The notes beneath the pieces were generated by a model, which saw only the letters and a program-made list of their open reading frames with translations, made no database searches and had not been told where the DNA came from. The position numbers and the translations under genes were made by a program. Positions 9,460 through 17,438 of a stretch of DNA of 42,060 nucleotides are shown piece by piece. The number at the start of each line of letters is the position of its first letter. The stretch's first letter is position 1. Origin of the DNA: an uncultured Armatimonadia bacterium (GTDB lineage: Bacteria; Armatimonadota; Zipacnadia; Zipacnadales; JABUFB01); the NCBI GenBank assembly GCA_964639415.1, contig CAZXDD010000002.1:1-42060 (forward strand), given 5' to 3'.

Positions 9460-11067
9460 ATGCCTGAGCGCCGCGCCCCTCGACACGGACTGGAGCATCA
9501 CGGCATTCGTAACGTTGGCCGAGTCTACTGGCATCAGACGACCCCGGAGTTGTACGAGCAGATTGTGCGTCGTCGTGAAGGGCACCTGGTGCACTTGGGA
9601 CCCATCGTCGTCCGCACCGGCCACACCACGGGCCGCTCGCCCAACGATAAGTTCATCGTCGAAGAGCCCTCGAGTCAGGACAAGATCCACTGGGACGGCT
9701 CGGTGAACCGCCCCATGTCCGAGGAGCACTACTGGAAGCTCCACGACCAGATGCTGCAGTACATCCAGGGCAAGGACCTCTTCGTCCAGGACTGCTACGT
9801 GGGCGCCGACCCGCGCTACCGAATCCCGATCCGCGTGGTCACCGAGGATGCCTGGCAAAGCCTCTTCGCGCGCAACATGTTCATCCAGGAGCGGGACCGG
9901 GACAAGATCATCGAGCACATCCCCGAGTTCCGCGTGATCTCGCTCCCCGGCCTGCACGCCCAGCCCCCCGAGGCCTTCGGCACCAACTCGGAGACCTTCG
10001 TCGTCGTTCACTTCGGGGAGAAGACGATCCTCATCGGCGGCACGCGCTACGGTGGGGAGATCAAGAAATCCGTGTTCACCATCCTCAACTACCTGCTCCC
10101 GCTGCACGAAGTGCTCTCCATGCACTGCTCGGCAAACGTGGGGTACAAGGGCGATGTGGCCCTGTTCTTCGGGCTCTCCGGGACGGGCAAGACAAGCCTC
10201 TCGGCCGACCCGGACAGGGCGCTGGTAGGCGACGACGAGCACGGCTGGAGTGACCACGGAGTCTTCAATTTCGAGGGCGGCTGCTACGCCAAGATCATCC
10301 GGCTCTCCAAGGAAGCCGAGCCCCAGATCTACGAGTGTACCCGCAAGTTCGGCACGATCATGGAGAACGTCATGGTCGACTTCGCCACGCGGCGTGTGGA
10401 CCTCGGTGACGACTCGTACACCGAGAACACCCGCGCCGCCTACCCCATCACCCATCTGAGCAATGTGGTGAGAGAGGGCTACGTCGGGCACCCGAAGAAC
10501 ATCGTGTTCCTCACCTGCGATTCATTCGGCGTCATGCCTCCCGTGGCCAAGCTCACGCCCGCCCAGGCGATGTACCATTTCATCGCCGGCTACACGGCCC
10601 GTGTGGCCGGAACCGAGCGGGGTATCGACGAGCCCCAGCCCACCTTCAGCGCCTGCTTCGGAGCGCCTTTCATGGCCCTGCACCCCGGGGTCTACACCAA
10701 GATGCTGGGCGAGCGGATCGCCAAGCACGACGTGAACTGCTGGCTGGTCAATACGGGCTGGACCGGTGGGCCATACGGCACCGGGCACCGGATGAGTATC
10801 AGTGTGACCAGAGCCATCATCCGCGCCCTGCTTGACGGCGATCTGGCCAGGGTCAACCTGCGCAAGGAGCCCTTCTTCGGCCTCGAGGTCCCCACCGCCT
10901 GTCCGGAGGTCGATCCCACGATCCTGGACCCGCGGAACACCTGGTCTGACCCGGCCGCCTACGATGCCCGGGCGAAGCAACTCGCCGCCAGCTTCCGGAA
11001 GAACTACGAGAAGTTCGCCGACGGCATGGGCGACGAAGTGCGGGCCGGCGGCCCCCCCGAGGGATAG
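9460..11067 (+). CDS. pckA: Phosphoenolpyruvate carboxykinase (ATP)
   Basis: 535 aa with AAGGGGGA 6 nt upstream of the ATG. The N-terminus is typical of ATP-dependent PEPCK (GRSPNDKFIV). The kinase-1a P-loop GLSGTGKTS and GDDEHGW are present, and the length fits. Confidence 0.95.
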   Translation: MPERRAPRHGLEHHGIRNVGRVYWHQTTPELYEQIVRRREGHLVHLGPIVVRTGHTTGRSPNDKFIVEEPSSQDKIHWDGSVNRPMSEEHYWKLHDQMLQYIQGKDLFVQDCYVGADPRYRIPIRVVTEDAWQSLFARNMFIQERDRDKIIEHIPEFRVISLPGLHAQPPEAFGTNSETFVVVHFGEKTILIGGTRYGGEIKKSVFTILNYLLPLHEVLSMHCSANVGYKGDVALFFGLSGTGKTSLSADPDRALVGDDEHGWSDHGVFNFEGGCYAKIIRLSKEAEPQIYECTRKFGTIMENVMVDFATRRVDLGDDSYTENTRAAYPITHLSNVVREGYVGHPKNIVFLTCDSFGVMPPVAKLTPAQAMYHFIAGYTARVAGTERGIDEPQPTFSACFGAPFMALHPGVYTKMLGERIAKHDVNCWLVNTGWTGGPYGTGHRMSISVTRAIIRALLDGDLARVNLRKEPFFGLEVPTACPEVDPTILDPRNTWSDPAAYDARAKQLAASFRKNYEKFADGMGDEVRAGGPPEG

Positions 11068-11110
11068 CGGGGGCCAAGACAGAGCCCCAATCCAGTCGCG
11101 CAACGCAATA

Positions 11111-11138
11111 GCGCCCGCCGAGTCACCTCGGCGGGCGC
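11111..11138 (+). terminator. Perfect 12-bp GC hairpin downstream of pckA (putative intrinsic terminator, no U-tract)
   Basis: GCGCCCGCCGAG-TCAC-CTCGGCGGGCGC lies 44 nt after the pckA stop, in a convergent intergenic region. It is followed by TTGTCTTG, which is only a weak T-run. Confidence 0.55.
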
Positions 11139-11263
11139 TTGTCTTGCCCACATCGCCCCCAAGAGCCTCCCTGGCCCGGGGCGGCCGCACCACGTGAGAA
11201 CCCCGCCGCCGGTAACCCATGGGGGGGAAGCTCTCCCGGTCGGGCGGCGCTCCCCCACAAGCG

Positions 11264-11433
11264 CGGCCGAGAAGTCCGGCCGGTCCGTTTCATGTCATTC
11301 TGAGCGTCCCTCTCGCGCAGCTAGATAGCGAGGAACCTCGCTGAATGCCCGGAGATTCCTCGAGATGCTCCCTCCGGGAGCGGACGCTCTGGCTATGACA
11401 TCCCCGGCGAATGCGGGGTATTGGGCCGCACCT
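11264..11433 (+). repeat. Dispersed ~175-bp element, copy 1 (hairpin + 106-bp core with terminal inverted repeats + 34-nt tail)
   Basis: The core 11294-11399 (GTCATTCTGAGCGTCC...GGACGCTCTGGCTATGAC) aligns without gaps to the reverse complement of 37095-37200 at 79/106 positions (hand count). The flanking hairpin 11264-11282 (CGGCCG-AGAAGTC-CGGCCG) and the tail 11400-11433 (24/34 identical, ending GGCCGCACCT) are also shared with the second copy. Confidence 0.7.
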
Positions 11434-12519
11434 CTATGCCATGGCCGCACAGATCGCGTCCGCCATCTGGCTGGTCCCCACCGCCGTCGGATCATCGCGA
11501 TCGGCCTTCAGATCGTACGTGACATCCTTGCCCTCTTTGATGACCTTCGCCACGGCGGCCTCCAGACGGTCGGCGGCCTCCGCCTCGCCCAGATGATGCA
11601 GCATCATCACGCCGGAGAGGATCGTCGCTGTGGGGTTCACCCTGTTTTGGCCCTTGTACTTGGGAGCGCTGCCGTGAGTGGGCTCGAACACGGCGCAATC
11701 TGTACCGATGTTGGCTCCCGGCGCCACTCCCAGGCCACCCACCAGACCGCAGGCCAGGTCGCTGAGGATATCACCATAGAGATTGGGCAGGACCAGGACG
11801 TCGTACAGATCCGGCTTCTGCACCAGTTGCATGCACATGTTATCCACGATGCGGTCCTCAAACTCGATGCCGCTATCGCCGTACTCCTCCTCGGCCACCC
11901 TCCGCGCCACTTCCAGATAGAGCCCGTCGGTGTACTTCATGATATTGGCCTTGTGCACCGCGGTGACCTTGCGGCGCCCGTTCTGGATCGCGTAGTCGAA
12001 GGCGAAACGCACAATGCGCTCGCTGGCGGAGACGGAGATCGGCTTGATGCTCACACCGGAATCCCGCCGGATAGTGGCACCCGAGAGCTCCTGAATGCTC
12101 TCGATGGCCTTGACGCACTCCTCGGTACCGCGCCGGAACTCGATCCCCGCGTAGAGGTCCTCGGTGTTCTCGCGGACGATGACGATGTCCGCCTCGGGAT
12201 AGCGTGACCGCACCCCTTCGTAGAACTTGCAGGGGCGCAGGCAGGCGTAGAGGTCGAGAGCCTTGCGCAGAGCCACGTTGACGCTGCGGAAGCCCTTGCC
12301 TACCGGAGTGGTGATGGGGCCCTTGATCGCGACCTTGTTGCGGCGCACCGATTGCAGCACATCATCCGGTAGCGGGGTGCCCTTCTCCTCCATCACATCC
12401 ACCCCGGCGTGCACCTCCTCCCACTCGATCCGCACGCCCGTCGCGTCCACACACTGCTTCATGGCATAGGCCACATCCGGGCCGGTACCGTCGCCCGGGA
12501 TGAGTGTCACCCTGTGCAT
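11434..12519 (-). CDS. icd: Isocitrate dehydrogenase (isocitrate/isopropylmalate dehydrogenase family, short NAD-IDH-like form)
   Basis: Track ORF 11434..12786 trimmed to ATG 12519, with GGAGG 8 nt upstream, giving 361 aa. Family motifs are present: [55 protein letters not shown] and [11 protein letters not shown]. The ICDH versus IPMDH/homoisocitrate DH assignment rests on motif resemblance only. Confidence 0.85.
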   Translation of the reverse strand: MHRVTLIPGDGTGPDVAYAMKQCVDATGVRIEWEEVHAGVDVMEEKGTPLPDDVLQSVRRNKVAIKGPITTPVGKGFRSVNVALRKALDLYACLRPCKFYEGVRSRYPEADIVIVRENTEDLYAGIEFRRGTEECVKAIESIQELSGATIRRDSGVSIKPISVSASERIVRFAFDYAIQNGRRKVTAVHKANIMKYTDGLYLEVARRVAEEEYGDSGIEFEDRIVDNMCMQLVQKPDLYDVLVLPNLYGDILSDLACGLVGGLGVAPGANIGTDCAVFEPTHGSAPKYKGQNRVNPTATILSGVMMLHHLGEAEAADRLEAAVAKVIKEGKDVTYDLKADRDDPTAVGTSQMADAICAAMA

Positions 12520-12714
12520 TGCGTTTGCCTCCGTCTTCGCCGGTTGGGTCCGTACCACTCGAATAAGGTCGGTACTATAGCGCAGCCCAAGCCGGGGCGG
12601 CAAGGTATTTGGCCGGAAGCGAGGAAATGCACCGGGTTCCGGGAGCTCGTCGTCTCGCCGCCATTCCCACACCCGACGCCCAACTCGGACGCCGCGGATC
12701 ACGGGGGAGTAACC

Positions 12715-13788
12715 ATGACCTTCTACGACAATGTGTTCGCCGCCCCGCCCGGTCTTATCGACCGCGGCCAGAAGGACCGCCAACACCTGATGCGCACCGA
12801 GACCGAGGATTTCCTCCGCGCCCTAAGCGAGGACTATGCCGCGCGCCAGAACGACTACTGGCACCGCGACTACTCCTCAGAGGAGGCCTTCTTGGCCTCC
12901 GTCGAGCCCAACCGGCAGAGATGGCTGGCGGCGGTGGGGGACTTTGGCCCGCCGGTTGACCACATGGCTCCCGTCGTCGAGCCCTGGATCGAGAACGATC
13001 GCATGAAGGGCCACTGGGTCACCATCGACCTGTACCCGGGCCTGCGCGGCCGCGGCGTGCTGGTCACGCCCAAAGGCGTCGACGGCCCGGTGCCCCTGGT
13101 CATCTGCCAGCACGGCATCGGGAGCTCCCCGGAGCGCGTTTTCGGGTTCCTAGATGACGCCTCCTTGTACCACCACTACGGACAACGCACGGTGGAGGCC
13201 GGGTACGCGGTACTAGCTCCCTGCAACATCACCGAGGGGCCGCCCCGCGCCCGCTACACCCGCCTGTGCACCATGTTGGGCAAGACGCTCTGGGGTCTGG
13301 AGATCGCCAAGATCAAGCGCCTGATTGACTACGCCGCCACCGTGGACGGCGTGGACACCTCGCGCGTGGGCATGTGGGGGATCTCGCTGGGCGGGGCGTA
13401 CACGATGTTCACCCTCCCCCTGGAGCCCCGTATCAAGGCCGGTATCGTCACGGCCTGGTTCAACCACCGGGTCAAGAAGATGGTCATCGATGACCCTCGC
13501 TATAGCTGCTTCCTGTCGGTGCCGGAGGAGCACATCTTCATTCCGGGCTGGCTGCGGGAGTTCACCGACAGCGACCTGGCTTCCCTCATCTGCCCCCGGG
13601 CTCTGATGTCACAGACCGGCAAGGGCGACGGCATCGCCTGGTGGCCCTTCGTACAGGAGGAGTTCGAGGCCACGCGCGCCCACTACGAGAAGCTGGGTAT
13701 CGCGGACCGGGTGGAGTTTGACCTGCACGAGGGCGGACACGAGATCCGCGTTCAGAGCGGACTGGAGTTCCTGCGCAAGTGGCTATGA
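12715..13788 (+). CDS. Alpha/beta hydrolase (acetyl-xylan-esterase / dienelactone-hydrolase-like)
   Basis: Track ORF 12409..13788 trimmed to ATG 12715, preceded by GGGGGAG. The nucleophile elbow is G-x-S-x-G (WGISLGG), and a C-terminal His lies in LHEGGHE. 357 aa. Confidence 0.75.
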   Translation: MTFYDNVFAAPPGLIDRGQKDRQHLMRTETEDFLRALSEDYAARQNDYWHRDYSSEEAFLASVEPNRQRWLAAVGDFGPPVDHMAPVVEPWIENDRMKGHWVTIDLYPGLRGRGVLVTPKGVDGPVPLVICQHGIGSSPERVFGFLDDASLYHHYGQRTVEAGYAVLAPCNITEGPPRARYTRLCTMLGKTLWGLEIAKIKRLIDYAATVDGVDTSRVGMWGISLGGAYTMFTLPLEPRIKAGIVTAWFNHRVKKMVIDDPRYSCFLSVPEEHIFIPGWLREFTDSDLASLICPRALMSQTGKGDGIAWWPFVQEEFEATRAHYEKLGIADRVEFDLHEGGHEIRVQSGLEFLRKWL

Positions 13789-13858
13789 ACGACCGGGTCG
13801 ACCGACCGGCCCGCTGGCGGCCGCCCTCGGGACGCCCGGCAGATGTGGAGCCATCGTC

Positions 13859-14905
13859 ATGAGCATCGGTATCGGCGTTATCGGCTGTGGCGTGCGCGGC
13901 CAGCACTCCTACGAGCTGGCCCTGGCCGCGCTGCCGCAATGTCAGGTACGGGCCGTGAGCCAGTACCCGGGCGCCTCGCCGGCGATGTTCGAGGGCAAGG
14001 ACGCCGAATCCCACGCCCGAAAGTACGCCCAGAGGCTGGGCGCGGAGTACTGCCCCGACCACACGGACCTCCTGCAGCGCGGGGATGTGCAGGTCGTGAG
14101 CCTCATGTGCGAGCCTCGGGCGGCTCCCGCCCTGGTGGAAGACTGCTGCCGGGCGGGCAAGCACATCGTGCGCGACAAGCCCATGTGCCTGGACCTTCCC
14201 GGCGCCGACAGGATCGTGGCGGCCGTGGAGGGCTGCGATTCGGAGCTGCTGCTGACTTTGGGGACACGCTTCTCGCCCACTCTGCGGCCCGCTGCCCGGC
14301 GGCTGATCGCCGGAGACATCGGTGAGCTCCTGACGGCCACCTTCACCTACCTGCAGGCGGGCGGCCCCCTCGATGGATTCCTCGGCTCTCCCGGGTATGT
14401 GGAGGCCGTCGGGGGAGGCGAGGTCACCAACTTCGGCCACTATGCCATCGACTACCTGCTGTGGATCGCAGGCGCACCCGTCGCGACCGTCTACGCCACC
14501 ATGGGCAGCTACTTCTATGCGGACTATCAGGACGCGGGGATGGAGGACCTCGGCCAACTGATGCTCCGCTTCAGCAACGGCGTCCTGGGCACCGTGATCA
14601 CGGGCCGCACCACGACCTCCCCCAGACCCGAGAGCTACTTTCGCCTCGACCTCACCGGCACGGCCGGCAGCATCCAGTGTGACAGCCAGGACGAATGCGT
14701 GCTCCTGAGCAGATCTGCTCCGCAGCCGCAGAGCACCGGGATCGGCGGGATACCCGCGATGCTCCGGGCCTTTCTCACAGCCATCGAGGCCGGCGAGCCG
14801 TCGCCCATCACCGCCCGTGATGGCCGCGAGGTGCTGCGCGTTTTGAAGGCGGCCTACCGCTCGGCCGCGGAGGGCTGCGCGGTCAACCTGCAGACAACGT
14901 CGTGA
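13859..14905 (+). CDS. Gfo/Idh/MocA family oxidoreductase
   Basis: Track ORF 13718..14905 trimmed to ATG 13859. The N-terminus has the Rossmann motif IGIGVIGCGVRGQ, followed by EPRAAP...AGKHIVRDKP, which is typical of the family (EKP-like motif). Confidence 0.85.
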   Translation: MSIGIGVIGCGVRGQHSYELALAALPQCQVRAVSQYPGASPAMFEGKDAESHARKYAQRLGAEYCPDHTDLLQRGDVQVVSLMCEPRAAPALVEDCCRAGKHIVRDKPMCLDLPGADRIVAAVEGCDSELLLTLGTRFSPTLRPAARRLIAGDIGELLTATFTYLQAGGPLDGFLGSPGYVEAVGGGEVTNFGHYAIDYLLWIAGAPVATVYATMGSYFYADYQDAGMEDLGQLMLRFSNGVLGTVITGRTTTSPRPESYFRLDLTGTAGSIQCDSQDECVLLSRSAPQPQSTGIGGIPAMLRAFLTAIEAGEPSPITARDGREVLRVLKAAYRSAAEGCAVNLQTTS

Positions 14906-14913
14906 ACGAGCAC

Positions 14914-14949
14914 CTCGCCCCCGGAGCGAAGGCCGCCACCGGGGGCGAG
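14914..14949 (+). terminator. Perfect 11-bp GC hairpin immediately after the oxidoreductase stop
   Basis: CTCGCCCCCGG-N14-CCGGGGGCGAG begins 9 nt after the TGA at 14903-14905. No U-tract follows. Confidence 0.5.
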
Positions 14950-15013
14950 AGATTCACGCGCCAGGCATTCGGCGCCACCTGACGGCGCGCCGACGAGCGC
15001 ACACGGACCCGTC

Positions 15014-15540
15014 CCGTGCCTGCGGGCCTCCAAGACCGCAAGGTCGGCCTCCCACCCTTCGCCAGAACCCACAACCCCGACAGAACACCTCCGTGCCTGC
15101 GGTCTTCCAAGACCGCAAGGCAGGCCACGCAACCCTTCGCCAGAACCCACAACGCTCACAGAGAACGTCCGTGCCTGCGGTCTTCCAAGGCCGCAAGGTG
15201 CCCCTCCCACCCTTAGCCAGAACCCCCAACCCTGGCGGAGAACCACCGTGCCTGCGGGTCTTGCCTCTCATTGCTGTGTGTGTGCCGCACCTTGCGGGCT
15301 TGGAAGCCCGCAGGCACGGAGACGATTGCAGTGTGTGTTGCCTCCAATTGCTGCGTGTGTGCCGCACCTTGCGGGCCTGGAGGCCCGCAAGGTCGGCCTC
15401 CCACCCTTCGCCAGAACCCACAACCCCGACAGAACACCTCCGTGCCTGCGGTCTTCCAAGACCGCAATGTGCCCCTCCCACCCTTCGCCAGAACCCACAA
15501 CGTCGGCGGCCAACCTCCGTGTCCGGTCTTCGGGGACAGC
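15014..15540. repeat. Array of 77-78-bp hairpin-bearing repeats (REP/BIME-like mosaic)
   Basis: Units start with CCGTGCCTGCGG at 15014, 15091, 15169, 15246 and 15440, with a degenerate unit at 15517. Each unit contains an 8-bp-stem hairpin (TGCGGTCT-TCCA-AGACCGCA) and the conserved block TCCCACCCTTCGCCAGAACCCACAAC. Two hairpin modules lie in inverted orientation between 15264 and 15385. An 83-bp exact repeat links 15036-15118 and 15385-15467. Confidence 0.85.
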
Positions 15541-15567
15541 CTGGAATGGTGCTCGGGCGAAGGCGGG

Positions 15568-17232
15568 CTACCCCCTCGCCTCCGCAAGGACCCTCTTCAC
15601 CGCCGCGTTGGGCCTCAGCAGCTCCTCGGCGCTCCGCACCGTCACCGTCGGGATCGCGTTATGCTCGCGGTGGATCTGCATACGCAACTCCTCGGCCTCG
15701 CTCTTGCCCGACAGCCCGCTGTAGCCGAAGGTCCTGCAGAGCCCGCCGAAGAGGAAGTCATTGAGCGCACAGCCACCGGTGCGCTCGAGGCCCTCGCAGT
15801 TGGTGTGCCAACTGTGGAACAGGTGCGCCTGCGCACAGGACAGGCCCTGCATGGTGATCTCGTTGAGCCCCTCACCGCCCACCGCCAGCCCCTCCCCCAG
15901 CTCGGCGATCTGCTGGATCAGCCGGTTCATCCCCTCACTGGCCGTGGTGTTCTCCACCAGCGCATTGTGCAGATTGCCGCTGCACAGGGTCACGTCAATG
16001 AACACCGCATCCGTGTCCACGTCCACCACCGCGGCCCCGATGTGCTCGGCGAGGATCGAGCGCCACATGGCAAGCCCCGGATGGACCTTGACCATCACCT
16101 TGCGCCGACGGTTCTCACCAAGGCTGTGGTAGGAATTGGGCACTCCCAGCACACCCCCGGCCTCCGGGTCCCAACCCCAGCCGTGCAGCCCCTTGGTAAC
16201 CACATCGCGATACTGGAAGTCGCGGAGGTACGCGTAGGCCGGGTGGGTGGGGTCCATGTCCACGGAGTTGCAGTGCGGCATGATATGGAAGCCCATGGCC
16301 TTGGCCCTGGCGAAGGTTGCCCTCGCCTCGGCCGAGGCCACGTAGGTGGGGTAGTTCTCGTCATACGCATCGCTGCGCCAGTTGGAGAAGTGAACGAGGA
16401 CCTTCGCCGGGTCCACATGGGTGGCGACGGCATCGAGAATGTCCGCATCGCCGTTGAACCAGGAGAGGGCGAAGCGGATGTCGTGCAGCCATGCCTTGCG
16501 GACCGCGCAGTCCAGCCCGTAGGCCTGCCACAGCCAGTCCCGGTACTCCCCGGCGGGCACCTGCCAGTCGCCGGTGTAGACGTTCAGCCGCCACTGCAGC
16601 CCGCCGGCGCCGAGGCTGCTGTCCAGCGGCCCGTAGGCCTCGGTCTCCAGGCCGATCGTGCCCCTGTCGATGCTCAGCGCCTTGTAGCGGTACGCGCTAT
16701 CGCGGCAGTGCACCCAGAAGCCGCCGGCCTTCCCCTGGAGGATGGCAAGCCCCGCTTCCCAGTGCATCGGCCAGGGCCAGCGCCGCTGCAGCAGTGGGTC
16801 ACTCAGCGGCAGCTTGACGCCCTGGAAGAAGGGAGCGACAAGCTCGAGGTCCTTGCCCACTCCTGGCAGTAGCCAGCGGCACGACTGCACGCCGGCTCGG
16901 GACGAGTAGGCGGCGGGCTCGAGGATGAGGTCGCCGTTTTGCGGGTCCTCAGAGACGGAGAGAACACCATCGGCGTCCCACCCGCTGAGGCGCATCTGGG
17001 CGCTCAGGGGCGAGAGCTGATGGGCGGTGATGGTGGCCGCCAGATTGCCGACCACGTCCACGGTGCCCTGGCCGGGGTAGAGCAGTTGCAGGGCGGAGCC
17101 TTTGGTGTCTACCGGCGCCAGGTACTCGCGGCCGTCGAGCTTGCTCACCAGCGAGGTCAGGTAACCCCGCTCGATGGTGGCCTTCAGTGTCCGGGTCTCG
17201 GCGAGGATCTTGCCATCTTGCACCGTGATCAT
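15568..17232 (-). CDS. Hypothetical protein (554 aa), possibly glycoside-hydrolase-like; no family recognised with confidence
   Basis: Track ORF 15568..17424 trimmed to ATG 17232, with GGAGG 11 nt upstream (MITVQDGKILAETRTLKATIERGY...). The ORF is long with protein-like composition. No signal peptide is evident. Confidence 0.7.
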   Translation of the reverse strand: MITVQDGKILAETRTLKATIERGYLTSLVSKLDGREYLAPVDTKGSALQLLYPGQGTVDVVGNLAATITAHQLSPLSAQMRLSGWDADGVLSVSEDPQNGDLILEPAAYSSRAGVQSCRWLLPGVGKDLELVAPFFQGVKLPLSDPLLQRRWPWPMHWEAGLAILQGKAGGFWVHCRDSAYRYKALSIDRGTIGLETEAYGPLDSSLGAGGLQWRLNVYTGDWQVPAGEYRDWLWQAYGLDCAVRKAWLHDIRFALSWFNGDADILDAVATHVDPAKVLVHFSNWRSDAYDENYPTYVASAEARATFARAKAMGFHIMPHCNSVDMDPTHPAYAYLRDFQYRDVVTKGLHGWGWDPEAGGVLGVPNSYHSLGENRRRKVMVKVHPGLAMWRSILAEHIGAAVVDVDTDAVFIDVTLCSGNLHNALVENTTASEGMNRLIQQIAELGEGLAVGGEGLNEITMQGLSCAQAHLFHSWHTNCEGLERTGGCALNDFLFGGLCRTFGYSGLSGKSEAEELRMQIHREHNAIPTVTVRSAEELLRPNAAVKRVLAEARG

Positions 17233-17438
17233 AGCGGCGGACCTCCGGCAGAATGTGGGGAGAAATGAGTTTCGGGACTTCGCCTTGGGCCCCATTGCAC
17301 TCCGCGACCCGATGTCCCGCGGAGCGCGGCGACTGCAGCCAAACAGCCCGCCGTGACGTTCGGGCGGCGAATGGCGCACGGTTGGGCCGGGCATGCACAG
17401 GACGCACAGTCGCTCCCGGCCCACGGCGACGGAGACGA

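Noticed and set aside
12520-12786. Upstream extensions of track ORFs: icd to 12786, response regulator to 38410, hypothetical protein to 17424, anti-sigma to 36521, aminotransferase from 30895
   Set aside because: The extensions are Arg/Pro-rich and lack homology to the families. Internal ATGs with good SD sequences coincide with the expected family N-termini.
15014-15540. Possible CRISPR array
   Set aside because: The period is 77-78 bp and most of each unit is conserved. The variable blocks are only ~6-15 nt. Some modules are inverted. No cas genes are in the window. None of this fits repeat-spacer architecture.
14954-15764. ORFs 14954..15481 (minus), 15093..15764 and 15248..15724 (plus) running through the repeat array
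   Set aside because: Their periodic peptide repeats simply mirror the DNA repeat. There are no RBS or start contexts, they overlap on both strands, and they run into the 3' end of the neighbouring real gene.
15271-16872. 533-aa plus-strand ORF. Similar long ORFs are 4285..5766, 9244..10491, 11365..12207, 13586..14557, 17886..19703, 24953..26233, 26827..28005, 28641..29834, 31012..32262, 35358..36575 and 39268..40557.
   Set aside because: All lie antisense to genes with clear family motifs. Their composition is Arg/Gly/Pro/His-biased with no motifs. They are shadow ORFs expected at this GC content.
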